This document shows positions 55,390 through 63,912 of a stretch of DNA of 64,000 bases, one piece after another. Within the stretch, counting starts at the first letter, position 1. Every line of letters starts with the position of its first letter. This stretch comes from Auanema rhodensis. Its lineage: Eukaryota > Animalia > Nematoda. The notes beneath the pieces were generated by a model that saw only the letters and a program-made list of their open reading frames with translations, did no database searches and was not told where the DNA came from. The stretch is from assembly GCA_964057225.1 (NCBI GenBank), contig OZ059900.1:6510001-6574000 (forward strand), written 5' to 3'. A program made the position numbers and the translations under genes.

Positions 55390-56799
55390 GAAAGAGAGAG
55401 ATTTTTTGTTTTTATAAATTTCTTAGAGAGGATTTGAACCAACGAAAGTTTTCAACTAACCTGGAACACATCAACTACACCAAGATGTTATACTATTCAA
55501 TCTATTAATATCAGATATGTTTTCTATGTAAACTTCAAATAGACTGGAATGTAGTATGTATGATATCTATAATATATAAAATAATATAATATATTATTCA
55601 GATGAAACAATCAATTTATTGATAATAAACCACAAAAGATTTGGTGTGTATTTTGTTCTGAACTATCAACATATTTCTTTATAATTTAAATTTTTTCTTA
55701 AATTAATATCAATAGTGAGAAGCTTACATTCTAGTTTTAGTTATTGGATACAAGTTTCTGATCAAAGTTGCCCATTATCTCATGAATTTTCGAAAATTTC
55801 TGGAATTTTCTGAAAGAAAACTCATCCTATGATAAGATTTAAATAAAGAAAAAGCCAATATTAAAATGGCCAGTTTGAGAAATCTTTGTGAATATGGGAC
55901 GGAAATTGTTTTTTTAATTTAATCCTCTTAATGGCTCAAGTTATTTTTTCATTTTTTTTAAAATCATAATGTTAAAATTTCTTTCAACGTACCTATTCTG
56001 AATACAGTTTTTGGAGAAAAAACTGAGTGATTATGAAAGAAATTACGATTGTGTTATATAGATTACACTTATTATATACATATACATTTTTAGATACTTT
56101 ATTTCAACTTATTTTTATTTAAAAATATTTATTGTTTTATAAGCTTAAACATGTTTTTATTCCAATCAACATCGATAGACAACTTCAAATTTTTCATTGC
56201 ATTCGCTGCAAGAATATTAACAAACTTGAAATTGCCTTTTGAAACTTGACATTCGATATTGCTTTCCTGGTTCTAAATATTTGGAACTACTTATTCAATT
56301 CTACACAAAGGAGAAAACTAACTTGAATCGAAAAATTGTAGAGAGAGAGAATAGCCAACTTAGAGAAATATAATGTAAAGATTGTAAAAAGATAAATATA
56401 TACTTACTGTATAATACATCTGTCGAATTCTGAAAATCTCTCATTCTAATTGAATTGATTAATACAGCTAAAAATAAAAAAAAGGAATAAAACAAAAATT
56501 GTGAACTAACGCAAATATGAAAAATAAACAAATACTACTATCTCAGAGAATGTATAATCTCAATATAATACGAAAACATAAAGCGGGAAATATTATATAA
56601 AGTTATTACCGATCATAGCTGAATCAACAAACTACAACAAGATGTGAATATAGAAACTATCTTCCACTATAACCAATGATCAAAATTTTGAAAAATTGAC
56701 TAGACAACGATCATGTACCGTAGTTTGCTCGAGTATTATTGAATTTTTGAAACAAGAAATGAATTTAGGAATTATCTACCACTCTAACCAAAAATATAT

Positions 56800-56856
56800 C
56801 TGATATTAATAGATTGAACAGTATGACATCTTGGTGTAGTTGATGTGTTTCAGTTG
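56800..56856 (+). repeat. Third partial copy of the foldback terminus
   Basis: ctgatattaatagattgaacagtatgacatcttggtgtagttgatgtgtttcag matches 52876-52930 and the reverse complement of 55460-55514. Confidence 0.8.
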
Positions 56857-57445
56857 GATAGAAGTGTGTAAACCAAACTTAACATCAAATAACAAATCTA
56901 CCAGAAGACTAAATTGATGAAAAAAATGAAATTTTAAATAGCTTCATAGGAGGCTCTTCTCACATTCAATTTCCAATTAAAATTACCAAAATCGTAATAC
57001 CATAAATGTTAGAAATATGATTGCTTTGTACTTTTGAGACTCTAAAGGCAGAAGCAATGCTAGGTACTCAACATAATTCAATAATGACATTAAAAATTTC
57101 AAAATTATGAGACTTTTAGAAATTCTAGGTTGTTCTTACAACTCAATGTTGATTCTGTTATTGGTTCATTAAGGTTCTCAGTTGGTTCATACCAAGCTAG
57201 AAATTAATCAGATTTTAACAAAATTTATGCTATTTTAGATAAAATAGTAAATCAGAAAAAGAAAAGAAATAGAGATCTGCCTTACATTTTTTGAATATAT
57301 ATATAGGGATTTTTACCTTTTCTCTTCTCAAAATTTACGATCCAATTCCAAACTAAAGTTTTCGACTTTATGTCTTTTTTAAATAGAGAAAGGCAACTAG
57401 TTCATAAAAATTCCATACAATATCAACAAATGAAACAAAAACTTA

Positions 57446-57527
57446 CGCAGCGAGCAGGGTTCGAACCTACGCGGGCAATGCCCATTGGATTTCAAGTCCA
57501 ACTCCTTAACCACTCGGACATCGCTGC
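57446..57527 (-). tRNA. tRNA-Ser(TGA) copy 1
   Basis: GCAGCGA TG TCCGAGTGGTTAAGGA G TTGGA CTTGAAA TCCAA TGGGCATTGCCCGC GTAGG TTCGAAC CCTGC TCGCTGC G: full cloverleaf, long variable arm, G73, and a TTTTT terminator 4 nt downstream. Confidence 0.96.
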
Positions 57528-57613
57528 TTATTTCAAGCAATCTTTTTTTAACAGAGAAAGGCAACTAGTTCATGAAAATTCCATACAATATCAACAAATG
57601 AAACAAAAACTTA

Positions 57614-57695
57614 CGCAGCGAGCAGGGTTCGAACCTACGCGGGCAATGCCCATTGGATTTCAAGTCCAACTCCTTAACCACTCGGACATCGCTGC
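57614..57695 (-). tRNA. tRNA-Ser(TGA) copy 2
   Basis: Identical to copy 1. Confidence 0.95.
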
Positions 57696-57781
57696 TTATT
57701 TCAAGCAATCCTTTTTTAATAGAGAAAGGCAACTAGTTCATGAAAATTCCATACAATATCAACAAAAGAAACAAAAACTTA

Positions 57782-57863
57782 CGCAGCGAGCAGGGTTCGA
57801 ACCTACGCGGGCAATGCCCATTGGATTTCAAGTCCAACTCCTTAACCACTCGGACATCGCTGC
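57782..57863 (-). tRNA. tRNA-Ser(TGA) copy 3
   Basis: Identical to copy 1. Confidence 0.95.
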
Positions 57864-57949
57864 TTATTTCAAGCAATCTTTTTTTAACAGAGAAAGGCAA
57901 CTAGTTCATAAAAATTCCATACAATATCAACAAATGAAACAAAAATTTA

Positions 57950-58031
57950 CGCAGCGAGCAGGGTTCGAACCTACGCGGGCAATGCCCATTGGATTTCAAG
58001 TCCAACTCCTTAACCACTCGGACATCGCTGC
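57950..58031 (-). tRNA. tRNA-Ser(TGA) copy 4
   Basis: Identical to copy 1. Confidence 0.95.
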
Positions 58032-58117
58032 TTATTTCAAGCAATCCGTTTTTAATAGAGAAAGGCAACTAGTTCATAAAAGTTCCATACAATATCAACA
58101 AATGAAACAAAAACTTA

Positions 58118-58199
58118 CGCAGCGAGCAGGGTTCGAACCTACGCGGGCAATGCCCATTGGATTTCAAGTCCAACTCCTTAACCACTCGGACATCGCTGC
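58118..58199 (-). tRNA. tRNA-Ser(TGA) copy 5
   Basis: Identical to copy 1. Confidence 0.95.
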
Positions 58200-58285
58200 T
58201 TATTTCAAGCAATCCTTTTTTAATAGAGAAAGGCAACTAGTTCATGAAAATTCCATACAATATCAACAAAAGAAACAAAAACTTA

Positions 58286-58367
58286 CGCAGCGAGCAGGGT
58301 TCGAACCTACGCGGGCAATGCCCATTGGATTTCAAGTCCAACTCCTTAACCACTCGGACATCGCTGC
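58286..58367 (-). tRNA. tRNA-Ser(TGA) copy 6
   Basis: Identical to copy 1. Confidence 0.95.
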
Positions 58368-58453
58368 TTATTTCAAGCAATCTTTTTTTAACAGAGAAAG
58401 GCAACTAGTTCATAAAAATTCCATACAATATCAACAAATGAAACAAAAATTTA

Positions 58454-58535
58454 CGCAGCGAGCAGGGTTCGAACCTACGCGGGCAATGCCCATTGGATTT
58501 CAAGTCCAACTCCTTAACCACTCGGACATCGCTGC
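58454..58535 (-). tRNA. tRNA-Ser(TGA) copy 7
   Basis: Identical to copy 1. Confidence 0.95.
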
Positions 58536-58621
58536 TTATTTCAAGCAATCTTTTTTTAACAGAGAAAGGCAACTAGTTCATAAAAGTTCCATACAATATC
58601 AACAAATGAAACAAAAACTTA

Positions 58622-58703
58622 CGCAGCGAGCAGGGTTCGAACCTACGCGGGCAATGCCCATTGGATTTCAAGTCCAACTCCTTAACCACTCGGACATCGC
58701 TGC
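58622..58703 (-). tRNA. tRNA-Ser(TGA) copy 8
   Basis: Identical to copy 1. Confidence 0.95.
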
Positions 58704-58789
58704 TTATTTCAAGCAATCCTTTTTTAATAGAGAAAGGCAACTAGTTCATAAAAGTTCCATACAATATCAACAAATGAAACAAAAACTTA

Positions 58790-58871
58790 CGCAGCGAGCA
58801 GGGTTCGAACCTACGCGGGCAATGCCCATTGGATTTCAAGTCCAACTCCTTAACCACTCGGACATCGCTGC
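58790..58871 (-). tRNA. tRNA-Ser(TGA) copy 9
   Basis: Identical to copy 1. Confidence 0.95.
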
Positions 58872-58957
58872 TTATTTCAAGCAATCTTTTTTTAACAGAG
58901 AAAGGCAACTAGTTCATAAAAGTTCCATACAATATCAACAAATGAAACAAAAATTTA

Positions 58958-59039
58958 CGCAGCGAGCAGGGTTCGAACCTACGCGGGCAATGCCCATTGG
59001 ATTTCAAGTCCAACTCCTTAACCACTCGGACATCGCTGC
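58958..59039 (-). tRNA. tRNA-Ser(TGA) copy 10
   Basis: Identical to copy 1. Confidence 0.95.
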
Positions 59040-59125
59040 TTATTTCAAGCAATCTTTTTTTAACAGAGAAAGGCAACTAGTTCATAAAAATTCCATACAA
59101 TATCAACAAATGAAACAAAAATTTA

Positions 59126-59207
59126 CGCAGCGAGCAGGGTTCGAACCTACGCGGGCAATGCCCATTGGATTTCAAGTCCAACTCCTTAACCACTCGGACA
59201 TCGCTGC
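59126..59207 (-). tRNA. tRNA-Ser(TGA) copy 11
   Basis: Identical to copy 1. Confidence 0.95.
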
Positions 59208-59293
59208 TTATTTCAAGCAATCCTTTTTTAATAGAGAAAGGCAACTAGTTCATAAAAATTCCATACAATATCAACAAAAGAAACAAAAACTTA

Positions 59294-59375
59294 CGCAGCG
59301 AGCAGGGTTCGAACCTACGCGGGCAATGCCCATTGGATTTCAAGTCCAACTCCTTAACCACTCGGACATCGCTGC
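59294..59375 (-). tRNA. tRNA-Ser(TGA) copy 12
   Basis: Identical to copy 1. Confidence 0.95.
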
Positions 59376-59461
59376 TTATTTCAAGCAATCCTTTTTTAAT
59401 AGAGAAAGGCAACTAGTTCATAAAAATTCCATACAATATCAACAAATGAAACAAAAACTTA

Positions 59462-59543
59462 CGCAGCGAGCAGGGTTCGAACCTACGCGGGCAATGCCCA
59501 TTGGATTTCAAGTCCAACTCCTTAACCACTCGGACATCGCTGC
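59462..59543 (-). tRNA. tRNA-Ser(TGA) copy 13
   Basis: Identical to copy 1. Confidence 0.95.
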
Positions 59544-59629
59544 TTATTTCAAGCAATCCGTTTTTAATAGAGAAAGGCAACTAGTTCATAAAAGTTCCAT
59601 ACAATATCAACAAATGAAACAAAAACTTA

Positions 59630-59711
59630 CGCAGCGAGCAGGGTTCGAACCTACGCGGGCAATGCCCATTGGATTTCAAGTCCAACTCCTTAACCACTCG
59701 GACATCGCTGC
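59630..59711 (-). tRNA. tRNA-Ser(TGA) copy 14
   Basis: Identical to copy 1. Confidence 0.95.
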
Positions 59712-59797
59712 TTATTTCAAGCAATCTTTTTTTAACAGAGAAAGGCAACTAGTTCATGAAAATTCCATACAATATCAACAAATGAAACAAAAACTTA

Positions 59798-59879
59798 CGC
59801 AGCGAGCAGGGTTCGAACCTACGCGGGCAATGCCCATTGGATTTCAAGTCCAACTCCTTAACCACTCGGACATCGCTGC
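59798..59879 (-). tRNA. tRNA-Ser(TGA) copy 15
   Basis: Identical to copy 1. Confidence 0.95.
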
Positions 59880-59965
59880 TTATTTCAAGCAATCTTTTTT
59901 TAACAGAGAAAGGCAACTAGTTCATGAAAATTCCATACAATATCAACAAATGAAACAAAAACTTA

Positions 59966-60047
59966 CGCAGCGAGCAGGGTTCGAACCTACGCGGGCAATG
60001 CCCATTGGATTTCAAGTCCAACTCCTTAACCACTCGGACATCGCTGC
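59966..60047 (-). tRNA. tRNA-Ser(TGA) copy 16
   Basis: Identical to copy 1. Confidence 0.95.
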
Positions 60048-60133
60048 TTATTTCAAGCAATCTTTTTTTAACAGAGAAAGGCAACTAGTTCATGAAAATT
60101 CCATACAATATCAACAAATGAAACAAAAACTTA

Positions 60134-60215
60134 CGCAGCGAGCAGGGTTCGAACCTACGCGGGCAATGCCCATTGGATTTCAAGTCCAACTCCTTAACCA
60201 CTCGGACATCGCTGC
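60134..60215 (-). tRNA. tRNA-Ser(TGA) copy 17
   Basis: Identical to copy 1. Confidence 0.95.
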
Positions 60216-60301
60216 TTATTTCAAGCAATCTTTTTTTAACAGAGAAAGGCAACTAGTTCATAAAAGTTCCATACAATATCAACAAATGAAACAAAAACTT
60301 A

Positions 60302-60383
60302 CGCAGCGAGCAGGGTTCGAACCTACGCGGGCAATGCCCATTGGATTTCAAGTCCAACTCCTTAACCACTCGGACATCGCTGC
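60302..60383 (-). tRNA. tRNA-Ser(TGA) copy 18
   Basis: Identical to copy 1. Confidence 0.95.
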
Positions 60384-60469
60384 TTATTTCAAGCAATCCT
60401 TTTTTAATAGAGAAAGGCAACTAGTTCATAAAAGTTCCATACAATATCAACAAATGAAACAAAAACTTA

Positions 60470-60551
60470 CGCAGCGAGCAGGGTTCGAACCTACGCGGGC
60501 AATGCCCATTGGATTTCAAGTCCAACTCCTTAACCACTCGGACATCGCTGC
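60470..60551 (-). tRNA. tRNA-Ser(TGA) copy 19
   Basis: Identical to copy 1. Confidence 0.95.
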
Positions 60552-60637
60552 TTATTTCAAGCAATCTTTTTTTAACAGAGAAAGGCAACTAGTTCATAAA
60601 AGTTCCATACAATATCAACAAATGAAACAAAAATTTA

Positions 60638-60719
60638 CGCAGCGAGCAGGGTTCGAACCTACGCGGGCAATGCCCATTGGATTTCAAGTCCAACTCCTTA
60701 ACCACTCGGACATCGCTGC
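60638..60719 (-). tRNA. tRNA-Ser(TGA) copy 20
   Basis: Identical to copy 1. Confidence 0.95.
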
Positions 60720-60805
60720 TTATTTCAAGCAATCTTTTTTTAACAGAGAAAGGCAACTAGTTCATAAAAATTCCATACAATATCAACAAATGAAACAAAA
60801 ATTTA

Positions 60806-60887
60806 CGCAGCGAGCAGGGTTCGAACCTACGCGGGCAATGCCCATTGGATTTCAAGTCCAACTCCTTAACCACTCGGACATCGCTGC
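60806..60887 (-). tRNA. tRNA-Ser(TGA) copy 21
   Basis: Identical to copy 1. Confidence 0.95.
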
Positions 60888-60973
60888 TTATTTCAAGCAA
60901 TCCTTTTTTAATAGAGAAAGGCAACTAGTTCATAAAAATTCCATACAATATCAACAAAAGAAACAAAAACTTA

Positions 60974-61055
60974 CGCAGCGAGCAGGGTTCGAACCTACGC
61001 GGGCAATGCCCATTGGATTTCAAGTCCAACTCCTTAACCACTCGGACATCGCTGC
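60974..61055 (-). tRNA. tRNA-Ser(TGA) copy 22
   Basis: Identical to copy 1. Confidence 0.95.
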
Positions 61056-61141
61056 TTATTTCAAGCAATCCTTTTTTAATAGAGAAAGGCAACTAGTTCA
61101 TAAAAATTCCATACAATATCAACAAATGAAACAAAAACTTA

Positions 61142-61223
61142 CGCAGCGAGCAGGGTTCGAACCTACGCGGGCAATGCCCATTGGATTTCAAGTCCAACTC
61201 CTTAACCACTCGGACATCGCTGC
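61142..61223 (-). tRNA. tRNA-Ser(TGA) copy 23
   Basis: Identical to copy 1. Confidence 0.95.
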
Positions 61224-61309
61224 TTATTTCAAGCAATCCGTTTTTAATAGAGAAAGGCAACTAGTTCATAAAAGTTCCATACAATATCAACAAATGAAAC
61301 AAAAACTTA

Positions 61310-61391
61310 CGCAGCGAGCAGGGTTCGAACCTACGCGGGCAATGCCCATTGGATTTCAAGTCCAACTCCTTAACCACTCGGACATCGCTGC
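61310..61391 (-). tRNA. tRNA-Ser(TGA) copy 24
   Basis: Identical to copy 1. Confidence 0.95.
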
Positions 61392-61477
61392 TTATTTCAA
61401 GCAATCTTTTTTTAACAGAGAAAGGCAACTAGTTCATGAAAATTCCATACAATATCAACAAATGAAACAAAAACTTA

Positions 61478-61559
61478 CGCAGCGAGCAGGGTTCGAACCT
61501 ACGCGGGCAATGCCCATTGGATTTCAAGTCCAACTCCTTAACCACTCGGACATCGCTGC
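61478..61559 (-). tRNA. tRNA-Ser(TGA) copy 25
   Basis: Identical to copy 1. Confidence 0.95.
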
Positions 61560-61645
61560 TTATTTCAAGCAATCTTTTTTTAACAGAGAAAGGCAACTAG
61601 TTCATGAAAATTCCATACAATATCAACAAATGAAACAAAAACTTA

Positions 61646-61727
61646 CGCAGCGAGCAGGGTTCGAACCTACGCGGGCAATGCCCATTGGATTTCAAGTCCA
61701 ACTCCTTAACCACTCGGACATCGCTGC
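61646..61727 (-). tRNA. tRNA-Ser(TGA) copy 26
   Basis: Identical to copy 1. Confidence 0.95.
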
Positions 61728-61813
61728 TTATTTCAAGCAATCTTTTTTTAACAGAGAAAGGCAACTAGTTCATGAAAATTCCATACAATATCAACAAATG
61801 AAACAAAAACTTA

Positions 61814-61895
61814 CGCAGCGAGCAGGGTTCGAACCTACGCGGGCAATGCCCATTGGATTTCAAGTCCAACTCCTTAACCACTCGGACATCGCTGC
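61814..61895 (-). tRNA. tRNA-Ser(TGA) copy 27
   Basis: Identical to copy 1. Confidence 0.95.
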
Positions 61896-61981
61896 TTATT
61901 TCAAGCAATCCTTTTTTAATAGAGAAAGGCAACTAGTTCATAAAAATTCCATACAATATCAACAAATGAAACAAAAACTTA

Positions 61982-62063
61982 CGCAGCGAGCAGGGTTCGA
62001 ACCTACGCGGGCAATGCCCATTGGATTTCAAGTCCAACTCCTTAACCACTCGGACATCGCTGC
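61982..62063 (-). tRNA. tRNA-Ser(TGA) copy 28
   Basis: Identical to copy 1. Confidence 0.95.
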
Positions 62064-62149
62064 TTATTTCAAGCAATCCTTTTTTAATAGAGAAAGGCAA
62101 CTAGTTCATAAAAATTCCATACAATATCAACAAAAGAAACAAAAACTTA

Positions 62150-62231
62150 CGCAGCGAGCAGGGTTCGAACCTACGCGGGCAATGCCCATTGGATTTCAAG
62201 TCCAACTCCTTAACCACTCGGACATCGCTGC
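62150..62231 (-). tRNA. tRNA-Ser(TGA) copy 29
   Basis: Identical to copy 1. Confidence 0.95.
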
Positions 62232-62317
62232 TTATTTCAAGCAATCCTTTTTTAATAGAGAAAGGCAACTAGTTCATAAAAATTCCATACAATATCAACA
62301 AATGAAACAAAAACTTA

Positions 62318-62399
62318 CGCAGCGAGCAGGGTTCGAACCTACGCGGGAAATGCCCATTGGATTTCAAGTCCAACTCCTTAACCACTCGGACATCGCTGC
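62318..62399 (-). tRNA. tRNA-Ser(TGA) copy 30, variable-arm variant
   Basis: As copy 1 except C>A at 62348 (G>T in the tRNA variable arm). Confidence 0.9.
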
Positions 62400-62485
62400 T
62401 TATTTCAAGCAATCCGTTTTTAATAGAGAAAGGCAACTAGTTCATAAAAGTTCCATACAATATCAACAAATGAAACAAAAACTTA

Positions 62486-62567
62486 CGCAGCGAGCAGGGT
62501 TCGAACCTACGCGGGCAATGCCCATTGGATTTCAAGTCCAACTCCTTAACCACTCGGACATCGCTGC
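62486..62567 (-). tRNA. tRNA-Ser(TGA) copy 31
   Basis: Identical to copy 1. Confidence 0.95.
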
Positions 62568-62653
62568 TTATTTCAAGCAATCTTTTTTTAACAGAGAAAG
62601 GCAACTAGTTCATGAAAATTCCATACAATATCAACAAATGAAACAAAAACTTA

Positions 62654-62735
62654 CGCAGCGAGCAGGGTTCGAACCTACGCGGGCAATGCCCATTGGATTT
62701 CAAGTCCAACTCCTTAACCACTCGGACATCGCTGC
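62654..62735 (-). tRNA. tRNA-Ser(TGA) copy 32
   Basis: Identical to copy 1. Confidence 0.95.
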
Positions 62736-62822
62736 TTATTTCAAGCAATCTTTTTTTAGCAGAGAAAGGCAACTAGTTCAATGAAAATTCCATACAATAT
62801 CAACAAATGAAACAAAAACTTA

Positions 62823-62904
62823 CGCAGCGAGCAGGGTTCGAACCTACGCGGGCAATGCCCATTGGATTTCAAGTCCAACTCCTTAACCACTCGGACATCG
62901 CTGC
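62823..62904 (-). tRNA. tRNA-Ser(TGA) copy 33
   Basis: Identical to copy 1. Confidence 0.95.
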
Positions 62905-62990
62905 TTATTTCAAGCAATCCGTTTTTAATAGAGAAAGGCAACTAGTTCATAAAAGTTCCATACAATATCAACAAATGAAACAAAAACTTA

Positions 62991-63072
62991 CGCAGCGAGC
63001 AGGGTTCGAACCTACGCGGGCAATGCCCATTGGATTTCAAGTCCAACTCCTTAACCACTCGGACATCGCTGC
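62991..63072 (-). tRNA. tRNA-Ser(TGA) copy 34
   Basis: Identical to copy 1. Confidence 0.95.
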
Positions 63073-63158
63073 TTATTTCAAGCAATCCGTTTTTAATAGA
63101 GAAAGGCAACTAGTTCATAAAAGTTCCATACAATATCAACAAATGAAACAAAAACTTA

Positions 63159-63240
63159 CGCAGCGAGCAGGGTTCGAACCTACGCGGGCAATGCCCATTG
63201 GATTTCAAGTCCAACTCCTTAACCACTCGGACATCGCTGC
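63159..63240 (-). tRNA. tRNA-Ser(TGA) copy 35
   Basis: Identical to copy 1. Confidence 0.95.
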
Positions 63241-63326
63241 TTATTTCAAGCAATCCTTTTTTAATAGAGAAAGGCAACTAGTTCATGAAAATTCCATACA
63301 ATATCAACAAAAGAAACAAAAACTTA

Positions 63327-63408
63327 CGCAGCGAGCAGGGTTCGAACCTACGCGGGCAATGCCCATTGGATTTCAAGTCCAACTCCTTAACCACTCGGAC
63401 ATCGCTGC
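63327..63408 (-). tRNA. tRNA-Ser(TGA) copy 36
   Basis: Identical to copy 1. Confidence 0.95.
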
Positions 63409-63494
63409 TTATTTCAAGCAATCTTTTTTTAACAGAGAAAGGCAACTAGTTCATAAAAATTCCATACAATATCAACAAATGAAACAAAAATTTA

Positions 63495-63576
63495 CGCAGC
63501 GAGCAGGGTTCGAACCTACGCGGGCAATGCCCATTGGATTTCAAGTCCAACTCCTTAACCACTCGGACATCGCTGC
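63495..63576 (-). tRNA. tRNA-Ser(TGA) copy 37
   Basis: Identical to copy 1. Confidence 0.95.
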
Positions 63577-63662
63577 TTATTTCAAGCAATCTTTTTTTAA
63601 CAGAGAAAGGCAACTAGTTCATAAAAGTTCCATACAATATCAACAAATGAAACAAAAACTTA

Positions 63663-63744
63663 CGCAGCGAGCAGGGTTCGAACCTACGCGGGCAATGCCC
63701 ATTGGATTTCAAGTCCAACTCCTTAACCACTCGGACATCGCTGC
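63663..63744 (-). tRNA. tRNA-Ser(TGA) copy 38
   Basis: Identical to copy 1. Confidence 0.95.
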
Positions 63745-63830
63745 TTATTTCAAGCAATCCTTTTTTAATAGAGAAAGGCAACTAGTTCATAAAAGTTCCA
63801 TACAATATCAACAAATGAAACAAAAACTTA

Positions 63831-63912
63831 CGCAGCGAGCAGGGTTCGAACCTACGCGGGCAATGCCCATTGGATTTCAAGTCCAACTCCTTAACCACTC
63901 GGACATCGCTGC
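63831..63912 (-). tRNA. tRNA-Ser(TGA) copy 39
   Basis: Identical to copy 1. Confidence 0.95.

Larger units (their letters stand above)
52876..55513. mobile_element. 2.6 kb foldback / long inverted repeat (non-autonomous element-like)
   Basis: 53248-54088 is a near-identical reverse complement of 54305-55146. The outer parts (52876-53247 vs 55147-55513) are more diverged and include (TC)n/(GA)n. Non-palindromic spacer ~215 bp; no transposase ORF. Confidence 0.85.

Noticed and set aside
57446-57527. Selenocysteine, opal-suppressor or nematode nev-tRNA interpretation
   Set aside because: The anticodon is TGA, which reads UCA (Ser), not TCA. The 7/5 stems, long variable arm and G73 all fit ordinary tRNA-Ser.
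57370-62784. 1804-aa ORF made of 56-aa repeats, with an ATG right at the array junction
   Set aside because: It is the antisense reading of the tRNA array. 168 is divisible by 3, so one stop-free unit yields an arbitrarily long ORF. Conservation follows the tRNA rather than codon positions, most spacer variants are non-synonymous, and a 1-bp insertion breaks the frame. Only Ribo-seq or peptide evidence would revive it.
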